DNA from: Ranitomeya imitator
Lineage: Eukaryota
Assembly: GCF_032444005.1 (NCBI RefSeq)
Contig: NC_091285.1
Coordinates: 135,594,001-135,658,000, forward strand
Length of the DNA stretch: 64,000 bases
Direction: 5' to 3'
This document shows positions 12,600-24,961 of the stretch, piece after piece. The translations under genes were made by a program, and so were the position numbers. The notes beneath the pieces are model-generated. The model ran no database searches. It was not told the DNA's origin and saw only the letters and a list, made by a program, of their open reading frames with translations. Position 1 is the stretch's first letter; every line of letters begins with the position of its first letter.

Positions 12600-13790
12600 T
12601 CTGCATATGAGTGCAGTCGGCATATGAGTGCAGCTTATCTATGGTGTTGGTCCGATATGACATTTATGATCATGTGCCTGCGCCGTTTTGCTCTCTTTGA
12701 TATGTTTGTGTGCTCTGTGTTAACATGCAGCAACAACACAGGCATGATTACTCCGGGGGTAAAATATGGCAGGTACTTTTGCATTGCGTTCCCCTCCCTC
12801 TTGATGGTCCCGACTGGGTGAGTGTTTTCTGACCAGCATTTGTGTATATGGCCATTGCGCAGGCGCATTTGCGCAATGCATTTTTTTTGGGGGGGGGCTT
12901 GGACTTTACCATTAGTGCGCCTGTGCGGGGGTTTCCCCTCATTGCGCATGCGTGGATCTGATTTCTATACAACTTTATTGTTAGTACACCTCTCTGGTGG
13001 ATTCACAAGATGGCCGCGTCCAGTCTGCTCCATGTGCCTTCCTTACTGCTGTTTCCTAACAGGTGAATATCATTTAGCTCATTTATTCTACATAAATATT
13101 GGATTGATATGACACACAGCATGCTACCTCTCCCTGAGGAAGCCTCAACTTTTGCGGCGATACGCATATGTTTCTTTTCCCACATCTCCTTCCCTCCTCT
13201 CTTTTCCATCGGTATACACATGGCCTTAGCCTGATCTCATCATTTGGATCCCACATGGTGTATGTATTTGATTCTTTTTCTGACATGCAGGACCTTATCA
13301 TACTTTGTGGTTCCTTCATTTAGCATGGCTGCATTGGGTAAAGGCCGTTTAGGCATTGATCTTTATTTGCCTGTGGGGTCCATTGTTTTCTATTGATACC
13401 TGTAGGGCTATATGGTACTGTGATATTAGCAGGTCTACACTTATTTACTCATATTGTTGTGTTTTTTTGATCTGTGAACCATGTGTATATATAACTAATT
13501 GTTTTGTATACTAAGCACATTGTATATGGTTATACCACAGGCCATTATATTGTATTGTATGACCATGCTGGAGTAGTTGGGGATGTGGGTTGTCACTCTT
13601 TTCCTATATTATCATATTAGGATATGACCTGCGTACAAGATTTGTGCTGTTGTTGCACTTTTAATGTTTTTATTCATTTTTCTGTGTGATGTATCTTTTT
13701 GTGTGTTGCATTATTTTTTTGTAAAAGCTTACTAATAAAAGATTTTGTATTTTTTACATATGATTGTGGTGCTCCCTTCCGTGTGGACTT
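12600..13790 (+). mobile_element. Penelope-like element terminal (pseudo-LTR/3' UTR) fragment, approximate boundaries
   Basis: Contains a hammerhead-like motif at 13131 and a T-rich 3' region with AATAAA near 13735, like the other PLE termini in the window. Confidence 0.5.
13131..13170 (+). ncRNA. Degenerate PLE-type hammerhead-like motif
   Basis: TCC-CTGAGGA-A-GCC-TCAACTTTTGC-GGC-GATA-CGCAT: core present, GATA for GAAA, stems I and III decayed. Confidence 0.42.
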
Positions 13791-13811
13791 GATCTTTCTC
13801 TATGGGTTTAG

Positions 13812-14701
13812 TTACTCCTATATAGTGCACGCAATCTAGCTGGATACGGATGGAAACACACCACTAATAGGAGAAATCAGGAAAAATGGGCTGCACTAAT
13901 GAAAAAAAGGACAATGTATGAGCAAGTGATGCACGCTGAGCGGACTACAACCAGATGTGGCTGCAGAACACACTGCAGCGAGAGCTGCACTCACACACAC
14001 AGACCTTGCAGACAGCCGTGAACGGCGCTGCAAGGCTGCAGAAAAGCTCCTCTATCTACTCCTATATACTGTTTGCACGCTATCTAGCTGGATACGGATG
14101 GAACCACAGTAATAGGAGAAATCTGGCAAAATGTGCAGCATCACAAATACAAAAAAGGACAATGTAACAGTATGAGGCAGTGACGCACGCTGAGGGAACT
14201 ACAACCAGATGTGGCTGCAGAACACACTGCAGTGTTGGCTGCACTCACACAGAGACCTTGTAGACAGCTGTGAACAGCGCTGCAAGGCAAAAACAAGGTT
14301 CTCACACAGCGGTTGCTAAATTAGCCTGGGTAAAGCACAATGAAGCAAAACACTATCTCAAACTGTCCCTCAGTCAGAAGAGCAGCATCCTGTCCCTAAC
14401 TGAATTCACAGCAGAGTGAACCCAAAATGGCGGCGGCGGCTTTTATAGTGCATCATGACTTCATTTCAGCAGCCAATCACAGCCATGCCAGTAGATACAT
14501 GCCTAATATGCATAACAGGATGTGCCCACACTTCTTATGATTCCTCAGTGGCTGAATTAAATCAAATTGGCTCATAGCATTATGGGAACTTCCGATTCCG
14601 GTATCCGATATTGCAAAAGTATCGGAACTCAGTATCGGAATTCCGATACCGCGAATATCGGCCGATACCCGATATTTGCAGTATCGGAATGCTCAACACT
14701 A
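13812..14701. mobile_element. Truncated end of a hAT-family element with two subterminal repeats of about 244 bp
   Basis: Ends ...GCTCAACACTA (reverse complement TAGTGTTGAGC, matching the TAG(A/T)G(A/T)TGAGC TIR family); repeat starts at 13815 and 14059; CCGATAC/GTATCGG motif cluster next to the TIR. Confidence 0.6.
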
Positions 14702-17033
14702 ACGAATATCATCATAGACTGGTACAGAAGGGAGAGGACCCTGCAATTGTGGGCTAACAGTATTATTGTTACACCTACTATATACTGTAATGAGATAGCA
14801 TCTTGGAAATGGGAATACCAATTTAAGGCTTAGAGGAAGTGTAATGGCACTACAATAAAGCTACATTTTAGTGTGCTACACCGCTACTTCATTTTGCATA
14901 TACTGTATGCTAATACTTCAGTTTCTGGAGAATGGAATAAGCAACAAGAACAATATTGCCTCATTCAAACATCCGTGTTGCACCTACATGTTCTAGTTTT
15001 GTGTTTTTCACAGATACAACACATACCCATTATTGTTTATGGACCTGTTCAAATGTATCTGTGCAATACTCACAGAGGACATTTCCATTTTTTTCTGGTA
15101 TCACAGATGAAAAGTGGCAATACAAGTTTGTGGTCTGTGACAAACATGTGCAGCACACGGATGCCATCCATGTGCCATCCATGTGCTATCCATGTTTAAC
15201 ATTGAAAAGCATAATAGGAGAAGCTTTGTAATTTTTTTCTTTATCCATCTTGGAAAAACACTGATGACACAATGATGGGAAAAACGGACACATGGACAAA
15301 ACATGTAAAAATTATCCAAAACACATGACACAGGAATGATGTTTTTTTATGTACGTGTTTAAACATGTGTGAATAAGGGGGTATTTTATGCTTGCGCTGA
15401 AAGGTTTCCTTTAAGAATTATCCTTAATTTTCCTACAAAATGCCAAATACTTCCCATTTTCATCAAACTTTTGGAAAGAAAAATCTAACAGCTAGTAGAC
15501 AATGGAAAATTAAGTCTCCATATGAAATAGTGTTTTATTGTATGTTCTTTATCCGTGGAGATAACAGTCATCTCCTAACACTTCATTCTGATAATCGTAC
15601 TACACGCTTCACATAGAAACTGGACACTTATTCTTTCATTAATAACTGCTGTCTTGTTAAAAACTGGAGCTTTAGCAGTGCTAGAAAATGTCTCCTATTC
15701 CTAAGAGATGTGGCAAAGGCATTACTGGACCACCAATAAAGCTCTCAACCTTACGTAAATCAGAGTAAAGCATACATTGGTATATTCTGGGACTTTTATG
15801 GCCATCTGGAAATGTTTATATTAAAAGTGAGTGTTAGCCTAGTGGGTGGTGATGTGTTTCCATGCTGACCTTGGCCTGTGACTCTGTACAGATGTATCTA
15901 AGCTCTTCTCTGAAGTACTATTTTTGTAAAATTACTAGAAATTTGGATTTTACAGGTAAGTATTTGGCATGTCTAAAGGCCATCTATTTCATAATGATAC
16001 TTTTAATCTGTCAGTCTTTTTCAACATTAGAAATATTTTATTCTTTGTTTATGCCAGTTGGCATAAAAAAGTTGCAGATTGTCATGAACGCTATATATAC
16101 TCCAAATTTGTGCCCTTTTTTTAAACTTTTTCGATACCATGCCCTTGTATTATAAAATGATTTAACTTTTTTTAAATGAATTACTAACATCTGGTTTACC
16201 ATTTTTATTTATGTCATAAATTAAATTATAGTTATACAAATAAAAGGCTGGGGCATTGGATCAATGCCAGCACGCACTGCTGAGAACAGGTAATTGAAGC
16301 AGGTTACTTGATCGAGACCAGACACAGAGTGTACACATAGTAACTAACAACTAGATAACAGTTGTTGGAAGGGCAAAATGTGACTGTCTACATCCTCATT
16401 ACTAAAGAGGTGCGAATCAATGGTAAAGAATACTGCCCCAGACTGGCAGAAGGGATGGCTCCATATCAGATGCCTCATGTGGCATTAGAAGTACAACATT
16501 TTCCATGCCATACCTATAAAATCCAATTTTCGCACAATCCATCGATATATGCATGTCCAAGGAACATATTCGCATCTGTGAGCAAAATTTCAAAAGTTTT
16601 GGTAGTTGGCAAGTTACAGGAACATAATATCTAGAAACAGTATCTTCAAAACAGAAATCATATTCAAAAAGTGTAAATAAGACCCTGTGCCTCCGTACCC
16701 GGGACCCATCAATCAATATACACTGATGCTCCTATACAGGAATCACTACCGAAAAACATGGAGCACATGGCCCAAGAATAAAATACATAAACTTTATTAA
16801 ACAATTCAAGGCAAACAATTTAGGATAAAAAATATCAAGAACTTCTATTCAAACAAAGTCAAACTAGAACAGGGACTCAGGTAAATAAACGCATGCACCA
16901 CATGTTATATCAGGGTAGGAGCATCCAATTCATATATGAATACACAGGGTGCCGGTGCTTAACTGTTTTAAACCATCAGGTGTTTAATTGCTGTAGGACA
17001 AAACTCAGTGACACACAAGGGCTGCATAGACAA

Positions 17034-18275
17034 TCTACTATATAATTGTCTAAGGGTCACTTCCGTCTGTCCTTCTGTCTTTCTGTCTGTCACGGATATT
17101 CATTGGTCGCGGGCCTCTGTCTGTCATGGCTGCCGCAACCAATGAGCGATGGCCACAGTCCGATTAGTCCCTCCCTACTCCCCTGCAGTCAGTGCCCGGC
17201 GCCCGCTCCATACTCCCCGCAGTCAGTGCACGCTCCATACTCCCCTCCAGTCAGCGCTCACACAGGGTTAATGACAGCGGTAACAGACCGCGTTATGCCG
17301 TGGGTAACTCACTCCGTTACTGCCGCTATTAACCCTGTGTGACCACGTTTTTACTATTGATGCTGCCTATGCAGCATCAATAGTAAAAAGATCTAATGTT
17401 AAAAATAATTAAAAAACAAAAACAAAAACAAAACCTGCTATTCTCACCTTCCGTAGTCCGATGATGCGTTCACGCCTGCCGCCAGCTTCCGTTCCCAGAG
17501 ATGCATTGTGAAATTACCCAGAAGACTTAGCGGTCTCGCGAGACCGCTAAGTGATCTGGGTAATTTCGCAATGCATCCTGGGAACGCAAGATGGCGGCAG
17601 CCGCGCGCGCATCGCCAGAGGTTCGCTGGATCTACGCTGGATCCCGCTGGGTGAGTATATAACTATTTTTTATTTTAATTATTTTTTTTAACAGGGATAT
17701 GGTGCCCACACTGCTAAATACTACGTGGACTGTGTTAGATACCGCGTGGCTGCTATATGCTACCTGGCCAGTGTTAGATACTATGTGGGCTGTGTTTTAT
17801 ACTGCGTGTGCTGCGTTATATACTACATGGCTGCTATATACTACGTGGGCAGTGTTATATACTACGTGGTTGTGTTCTATACTGCATGCTATATACTACG
17901 TGGCCACTGTTAGATACTATGTGGGCTGTTCTATTTATTACGTGGGCTGTGTTATATATAACGTGGCCAGTGTTACATACTACGTGGGCTGTGTTATATA
18001 CTGCGTGGCTGCTATATACTGCGTGGCTGCTATATACTGTGTGGGCTGTGTTATATACTACATGGGCTGTGTTGTTTACTGCGTGGCCTATATTAACACA
18101 TCGGGTGTTCTACAATATGTCTGTATGTGTATTGCAGCCACATGGTATATACCACAGGCCAAGTAGTACTCCTATATACTATGTAGCCTGTGCAATATAC
18201 TATGTGGCTGCTATATACATACTGTACATACATATTCTAGAATACCCGATGCGTTAGAATCGGGCCACCATCTAG
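17034..18275 (+). mobile_element. Non-autonomous Helitron with internal minisatellite of about 17 bp
   Basis: A|TC 5' end, CTAG|T 3' end, subterminal hairpin CCCGATGCGTTAGAATCGGG, no TSD; CTATATACTACGTGG repeats at about 17715-18225. Confidence 0.9.
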
Positions 18276-18315
18276 TAAGTTCATAATTGCCTTGATTGTG
18301 GTGCACCACCCGCAG

Positions 18316-18351
18316 CCCCAACACACGTTTCACGTTGTCTTCCTCAAGGGG
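18316..18351 (-). ncRNA. PLE-type hammerhead-like motif (C3U variant)
   Basis: Minus strand CCCC-TTGAGGA-A-GACAACGT-GAAA-CGTGTG-TT-GGGG. Confidence 0.5.
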
Positions 18352-19070
18352 CTGTGATCCATTGTGTGTCCAGACTAGAATTTAAGTAGTCCCAGTCCCA
18401 GGTGTAGTTTGTACTGATGAGTGCAGTTGGCGCCTGTCGACTGTTGCATGCACTGGAACTTACATCACTTCTGGTGGCCAATATGATCCTGTGGGCCAAG
18501 GGGAAATCCCCTATGACATCAATGACCCATGCACGTCAAACACAGGCGCTGACAGCAATGCCCCATAGTACCTCACACTGTGGCAGATCTTTAAGATGTA
18601 GCATTATTGTTCTTGAGCATTGATATGAGTGTTTTTTTTCAATCCCCATATAACTCACTGCTGTGGGCATATTAGCACTGTCACTTTTGTATGATTTGTG
18701 TTTTCGCATTTTATTAAATTTATTGTTTATGTTTTTTGAGTTGCTTTCACATCTGTCACTGCTTTACTGTTGATTTTAAATATACATGTTTTGTCACCTT
18801 AAGTTTGGTGTAATAGGGTGGGCACACTATTTTATGGGAATTACTGACTTAACAGTGTGTTAACATTCTCTATGGCATCCTAGAAATGGTCATATATTAC
18901 AAGTGACTGTTTCTCTTTAACATCCGATGAGTGCACATGTCCACAGTGTGATGTGCTACAGAGCATTGCTTGAGGCACCTGTGTTTGACATGCACGGGTT
19001 GTGACGTCATAGGGGATTTTCCCTTGGACCGCAGTGTCATATTGGCTGCCGGAAGTGATGTAAGTACTCA

Positions 19071-20496
19071 TGTAACAGGCCAGATTAACCTCCCAGCCCA
19101 GAATATACCCAGGGTTAAAGTGGCCTAGGCAAGATTATACCCCGGGTATATTCTGGCCTAGGCAAATTATACTCTGGGGTATACAGTAAATTGGCCAAGG
19201 CCAGTTTATACCCCTCTGGGCCAGAATATACCCCAGCTGCTGTAGATCAGATTTTTCAGGCTTTTGAGAATCATTGAGTGACATACTTAATAATGGAGCC
19301 CCAGGCAGAAACTGGGGGGGCAGAGACAGCGAACGGGGTCCCAGGCAGCACATGGGGCCCCAGGCAGCGTATGGGTCCCCAGGCAGCACATGGGGAGCAG
19401 AGCACATGGGGGCAGAGACAGTGAACGGGGCCCCAGTCAGCACACGGGGGCCCCAGGCAGTGCACAGGTCCCCAGGCATCACACTATGCCCTGGGATATA
19501 AATTGGCCTAGGCCAGATTATACCCCTCCAGGGCCAGAATATACTCCAGCTGCTGTAGATCAGATTTTTCACGCTTTTGAGAACCATTGAGTGATACACT
19601 TAATAACCGGGCCCCTGTCAGTGCACAGAGGCCCAGGCAGCACACAGGGGGCCCAGGCAGCACACAGGGGCCCCAGGCAGCGCAAGGGGCCCCAGACATG
19701 GCACAGGGGCCTCAGTCATCGCACAGGGGCCCAAGAGATCGCACAGGATTGAGTGATATATTCAAGAATGGGTCCCCAGACAGCGCACAGGGGGCAGATA
19801 CATCGCACAGGGGGGCAGAGACATCGCACAGGGGGGTGGAGACAGTGCACTGGGGGGCAGAGACAGCACGCAAGGGGGAAGAGACAGTGCTCAAGGCCTC
19901 TGTAAGCTGTCTCTGCCCACCTGTGCACTGTCTTGGACCCCCTGTGCACTGTCTGGGACCCTGGTATGCTGCCTGAGGCCCCTGTGCAGTGCCTGGGTCC
20001 CCGTGTGCTGCCTGGGACCCCGTTTGCTGTCTCTTCCCCCTGTGTGCTGCCTGGTACCTTGTTCGCTGTCTCTGCCCCCCATGTGCTGCCTGGGGCCCCA
20101 TGTGCTGCCTGGAGCCCTTGTGTGCTTCCTGGGGCCTCGTGTGCTGCCTGGGGCCCCTGTGCACCGCCTAAGGCCCCTGTGCGCTTCCTGGGCCACCGTG
20201 TGCTGCCTGGGGCCCCGTGTGCTGCCTGGGTCCCCATATGCTGCCTGGGACCCCATTCACTGTCTCTGCCCCCAGTGTGCTCCCTGGGGCCCTGTGCCCT
20301 GCCTGGGGCCCCTGTGGACTGCCTAGGGCCCTGTGTTCTACCTGGGGCCCCTGTGTGCTGCCTGGGGCACCGTGTACTGCATGGGGCACTGTGTTCTGCC
20401 TGGGACCCCATTTGCTGTCTGCCCCGTGTGCTGCCTGGGGCCCCGTTTGCTGCCTGAGGCTCCGTATTGGGCGGTGGGTTAATCTGGCCTGTTACA
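19071..20496. mobile_element. Non-autonomous TIR element with TGT...ACA termini and GC-rich minisatellite arms (possibly Ginger-type)
   Basis: Perfect 20-bp TIR TGTAACAGGCCAGATTAACC ... GGTTAATCTGGCCTGTTACA; repeated GGCCAGA(T/A)TATACCC motifs; CCCAGGCAGCACA repeats flip orientation near 19905; right flank CCGG. Confidence 0.7.
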
Positions 20497-20601
20497 CCGG
20501 CGCATACGACAGGTGGCATGCGCCAACTGCAAATATCGGTGCAAACTACTCCTGGGAAGGGGGTTACTAAAGTTTTAGTCTGGACACACAATGGATCACA
20601 A

Positions 20602-20637
20602 CCCCCTGAGGAAGCCAACGTGAAACGTGCGTTGGGG
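20602..20637 (+). ncRNA. PLE-type minimal hammerhead motif
   Basis: CCCC-CTGAGGA-A-GCCAACGT-GAAA-CGTGCG-TT-GGGG: canonical core, near-palindromic stem III, GUU triplet. Confidence 0.62.
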
Positions 20638-21330
20638 CTGCAGGCCGTGCACCATATGCAGGGCAATTATGGGTAAAAGTGGAATTATGAGTGTTTAATG
20701 TAGTTGCGTTGTGGGGCTGTTGGACCTTATATCCACTTGGAGAATTAACTTAGTATACAGTATATACAGCCCTTTTGTGTCACTGAGTTTTGTTCTACAG
20801 CAATTAAACACCTGATGGTTTAAAACATTTAAGCACCGGCACTCTATGTATTTATATATGAAATGAATACTCTTCCTACCCTGATACAACATGTGGTGCA
20901 TGCGTTTATTTACCCAAGTCCCTGTTCTATTTTGACTTTGTTTGGATAGATGTTCTTGATATTTTTTATCCTAAATTGCTTGCCTTGAATTGTATAATAA
21001 AGTTTATGTATTTTATTCTTGGACCATGCATTCCATGTTTTTCAGAAAGGAACATAATATCTCCCTGAATTATGTATATTATATTCATATGTGGCATGTA
21101 TAGAATACTTGAAGGATCTTAAGTAAGATTATGGCCATATTGCTGCTCTAGGAAGTTCATGGGGGGAAATATGGTCTAAAACTGAATTAGAATCAAATCT
21201 AATCAGCTGTCCTCTTATTTCAGCTGAGGTAAGAGTTAGGGGTATGGTGAGACCCTTTATAACATGTCATCAGGGAATATTACTGTTATACCCCAGGAGA
21301 AGCAACTAGTATTGCAGATCAGAACTTTGT

Positions 21331-22140
21331 TTGAGCAGTTTTGCATTGATGACACCTAGTCGATCTAAAAACCTCAATGAGCTCTTAATCAGAAGTCATT
21401 ACGTGCCAGGATATTTTACTTGCAGCCACTGTCTTGCCTGCGCTAATGTCTTTCGCTGCACCACTTTCGACTTAGCAGAAGGTGATAAACAGTTCCAAAT
21501 TAGACATCATATATTGTGCAGTAGCACAAATGTAACTTATTATGCCACATGTAGTTGTCCCCTGATTTATTTGGGCCTTACATCGAGAGAACTGAGACTT
21601 AGGGTGTGTAAGCATGTGCGGGACATTGGCACGGCCAAGACAGTGGCCGACTTTTCTGAATTAAAGGCAATCCCCAGACACTTTAAGGTCCATCATATTT
21701 GAGATCCAAAGTCATTCGAGGTTAGGAGCATTGATGCTATCCACACTAGGATCAGGGGATGAAATGTTAAAAAAATCCTAGCACAATGCGAAACCAAATG
21801 GATTGTGACTAGTGATGAGCGAGTGTACTCGTTGCTCGGGTGGTCTCCGAGTTTTCTTCACCTCAGCAGCATGATTTACAACTACTAGACAGCTTTATTA
21901 CATGTGGGGATTACCTAGCAACCAGGCAACCCCCACATGTACTCATCCTGGCTAATAGCTATAAATCATTCAGCTGCCGTAATGAAAATTAAATCTTCGA
22001 ACACTAACAAATACTCGAAGGTCACCCGAGCATGCTCAGGAAAACCCGAGCTACGAGTACACTCGCTCATCACTATTTGTGACATTAGGCACGATGACCC
22101 CAAATGGCCTGAATGAATCACACAGCTTTGCCTCCTTTGC
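21331..22140 (+). pseudogene. Penelope-like element GIY-YIG endonuclease region (Neptune-type Cys-rich linker), split by a hAT MITE
   Basis: CSHCLAC linker, VTYYATCSCPLIYLGLT GIY-YIG core, C-terminal CETKWIV|TLGTMTPNGLNE continuing across the MITE; frameshift and stop after 21702. Confidence 0.85.
21810..22075. mobile_element. hAT MITE
   Basis: TIRs TAGTGATGAGCGAGTGTACTCGT; 8-bp TSD ATTGTGAC / TTTGTGAC (7 of 8 match). Confidence 0.9.
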
Positions 22141-22733
22141 GAACGCGTGTTATCCATCTTGGTGACCTTATCCCTCCAACTAACTGTTCTTTTCTTTGAA
22201 AAAAAAAACCCCAAAACAAAACAGGTTTTTATTTTTGTTCTATTGCGTTCACTTTTTTTGTTCTATGTTTTCTTTCAGCTTAGTATTTAATTAAGAGGTG
22301 TCTCCATGGACCTTTGGGATTGTCCATCAGTGAATAAAAGAGAATTATCGTTAACACCTTGACAAAGACAACACAATTGGATACACATTGCAAATAATAT
22401 AGATAATTACTTATGATTGATGTACTGTAAATGCATTAATTGGATTGTGCATCCATTTTTGAGATGTCTTAGAAATATGTTTATATGTCTATTTAGGTGC
22501 TTGAAATGATCTGCAATGATGATATATTAAAGCATACTGTAACCACAGTTGGATAGACTGTGTTCAAAGAAGTTTCTCAAAAAAATCTTTTTTGTTAAAA
22601 CTGAATTTCTTTATTATAAATAGTTAAAAACATATACACAAACAAGAACCATCAATAAGGTGCTTCAAAACAAACCAACAAAGTGGATGCAGTCAGCTAG
22701 AGCTAGACACGTTATTTTCAAAGACATGAATTA

Positions 22734-23627
22734 CCGTATTTTTCGGACTACAAGATGCACTTTTTCCCCCCCAAAAAAGGGGGGAAAATTGGGGGTGCGT
22801 CTAATAGTCGCAATGCAGGCTTACCATGGCGGCAGAGGTGCGGGGATGAGGAGGCGCAGTAAGCGGGGTCCCTTTCTCCGGTGAGGTGATGCAGCAGCCC
22901 GGTAAGCAGCAGAGCCGAGTGAATCCTGTTGTTATCGGTCGGGGCGGCCATCTTCCTGAAGCCGCGCGTGCGCAGATGAAGCGCTCTGCTTCCCGGGGCT
23001 TCAGGAAAATGGCCGTCGCGATCTCCATCTGCGCATGCGCGGCCTCCTGTGGCCATTTTCCTGAAGCCCCGGGAAGCAGAGCGCTTCATCTGTGCACGCG
23101 CGGCTTCAGGAAGATGGCCGCCCCCACCGATAACAACAGGATTCACCCGGCTCTGCTGCTTACCGGGCTGCTGCATCACCTCACCGGGGAAAGGGACCCC
23201 TCTCACAGCACCTCCTCAGCCCGGGACCCCTCTCACAGCACCTCCTCAGCCCAGCACCTCCTCAGCTCGGGACCCCTCTCACAGCACCTCCTCAGCCCAG
23301 CACCTCCTCAGCCCAGCACCTCCTCAGCCCAGCACCTCTGCCAGTAATCACTGCTGCAACCCTCCCATGGACACCAGGCTGTGGCATCGCCCACCTAAGC
23401 AGGAAGGGACCCTGCTCAGGTGCACGCCACACCGCATCACCCCACCTCTGCCGACACCATGCCTCCAGTGACCCTGCTCTGCCACCGCCATCCCTCAGGT
23501 AAGATACTGTACATTCGGACAATAAGACGGACCCCCATCTTATAAAAAATCTTTTTTTCTGCAATTTTCACCCCAAATTTGGGGTGCGTCTTATGGTCCG
23601 GTGCGTCTTATAGAACGAAAAATACGG
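22734..23627. mobile_element. Tc2/pogo-group MITE with internal hairpin of about 133 bp per arm
   Basis: TA|CCGTATTTTTCG ... CGAAAAATACGG|TA; internal inverted repeat about 22882-23014 versus 23051-23183; CAGCACCTCCTCAGCC minisatellite. Confidence 0.85.
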
Positions 23628-23943
23628 TAAAGGGAACATATAAAAGGATGTAAGGATATGCATATAATTTGCTGTAGTCCTCTAAATGTACTATCAGGGG
23701 TTAAAAAAGCAAATATAAAGATATTAAGTCATGCATAAAATTTTCTGCAGTCTTCTAAATGCTGTGGAAGGACTTAAACCAAGAACCTTTTCCATGGATG
23801 AATCAAATCTCCCTGCACTTCCTATTAAGGCCCTATTGCAGTAATCATACAATAGGTAAAAAAAACACCCCATGCCTCATACATATTACTTGCTCCGTGT
23901 CTATCCCAAAGTGCTCGGCCAGGTGGCCCGCTGATCCTTCCAG

Positions 23944-23980
23944 CCCCAACGCGCGTTTCGCATTTTGCTTCTTCCTGGAA
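23944..23980 (-). ncRNA. Degenerate PLE-type hammerhead-like motif
   Basis: Minus strand TTCC-AGGAAGA-A-GC-AAAAT-GC-GAAA-CGCGCG-TT-GGGG: palindromic stem III, core altered at positions 3-4. Confidence 0.42.
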
Positions 23981-24559
23981 CTGTGGTTTCAGTATGTTTT
24001 AATGTTATGTGAAGTGTTGCCCACTCCTTAGAGAATATGGGATTGGGTGTTGTGCTTACTAATGATAATATATTGATGCTTTTATTTGCCATTGGGATTG
24101 TGAATAGCCACCATTAGTCCCACCGCTGCCCATCATCTTTATAACTTCTGCGCGTAACGGCGAGCTGTGAGGTACACTGCGTTCCCGTGGTTTAGACTTG
24201 ATAGATGGGTGGTGCTGGTATGACGTGTTTGGTGTAACGCGCATGTGCCATAAGAGCAATCCCATTGCTTGAGAGCGGGTCATGTGGTTTTCCAATTGAC
24301 CCGTTACTATGGACATAAAAGGGTCCTATTTGGCAACAATTATATACTCCCCTTGAGTAAGCAAGATAAAAACTCGCTAAACAATATACTTCATAGTACA
24401 AGCTGCTTGGGGCAGTGTTTTTGTGGCGTTTTTGCACGTTTAAATTGCTTTTAATGGTAAAAAAACATTCAACAGGAAATGCAATGTTATCATATTAATA
24501 CGTTATCTGGCCATGTGGTGTGTGAGACATGATCAGACACATTGAAAGCCACAAAAATT

Positions 24560-24950
24560 TTTTTCAGGAACATCAGTAATTGTAGATGGCCATCTGACGA
24601 CTCTTTCTATTGTTAGAGGGCCAGCAGGTCTCTTGTGTACAGATTAGACCAAGATAGAGTTTTTTGGTAAAGCACATAATTCTACTGTTAACTGTAAATG
24701 GAATGAGACCTACAAATAAAAGATGGAGGTTCAAAAATATTTTGGGGTTATTTTGCTGCCTCTGGCTTCGGGTGCTTTGACTGTGTGCAAGGCATCATGA
24801 AATGTGAAGATTACCGACGGATTTTTGGTCACAATGTAGTTCTTGGGGTCACAAAGCTGGATTTGCATCCAAGGTCATGGGTCTTACGGCAGGACCATGA
24901 CCCCAAACATACTTCAAGAACCACCCAGAAATAGATGGAAAAAAATCAAC
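24560..24950 (+). pseudogene. Old Tc1 transposase remnant
   Basis: Decayed homology to the FWGCFAASG...GIMK...[13 protein letters not shown] block of the 27.2-28.9 kb element. Confidence 0.72.
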
Positions 24951-24961
24951 ACTTTTACAAG

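Larger units (their letters stand above)
16753..18586 (-). repeat. Left arm of an inverted pair of PLE terminal sequences (interrupted by a Helitron)
   Basis: Reverse complement aligns by eye with 18942-21043 once the insertions are removed; hammerhead-like motif at 18316. Confidence 0.8.
18942..21043 (+). repeat. Right arm of the inverted pair of PLE terminal sequences (interrupted by a TGT...ACA element)
   Basis: Inverted homologue of 16753-18586; AATAAA near its 3' end (about 20996-21001). Confidence 0.8.

Noticed and set aside
17699-18257. Tyr/Val/Trp-rich ORFs
   Set aside because: Translations of the Helitron internal minisatellite; no Rep/helicase motifs.
19135-20676. Cluster of overlapping Pro/Gly/Ala/Cys-rich ORFs up to 316 aa
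   Set aside because: Products of a GC-rich minisatellite open in many frames on both strands.
22748-23471. Mirror-image ORFs on both strands
   Set aside because: Caused by the internal palindrome of a Tc2-type MITE.
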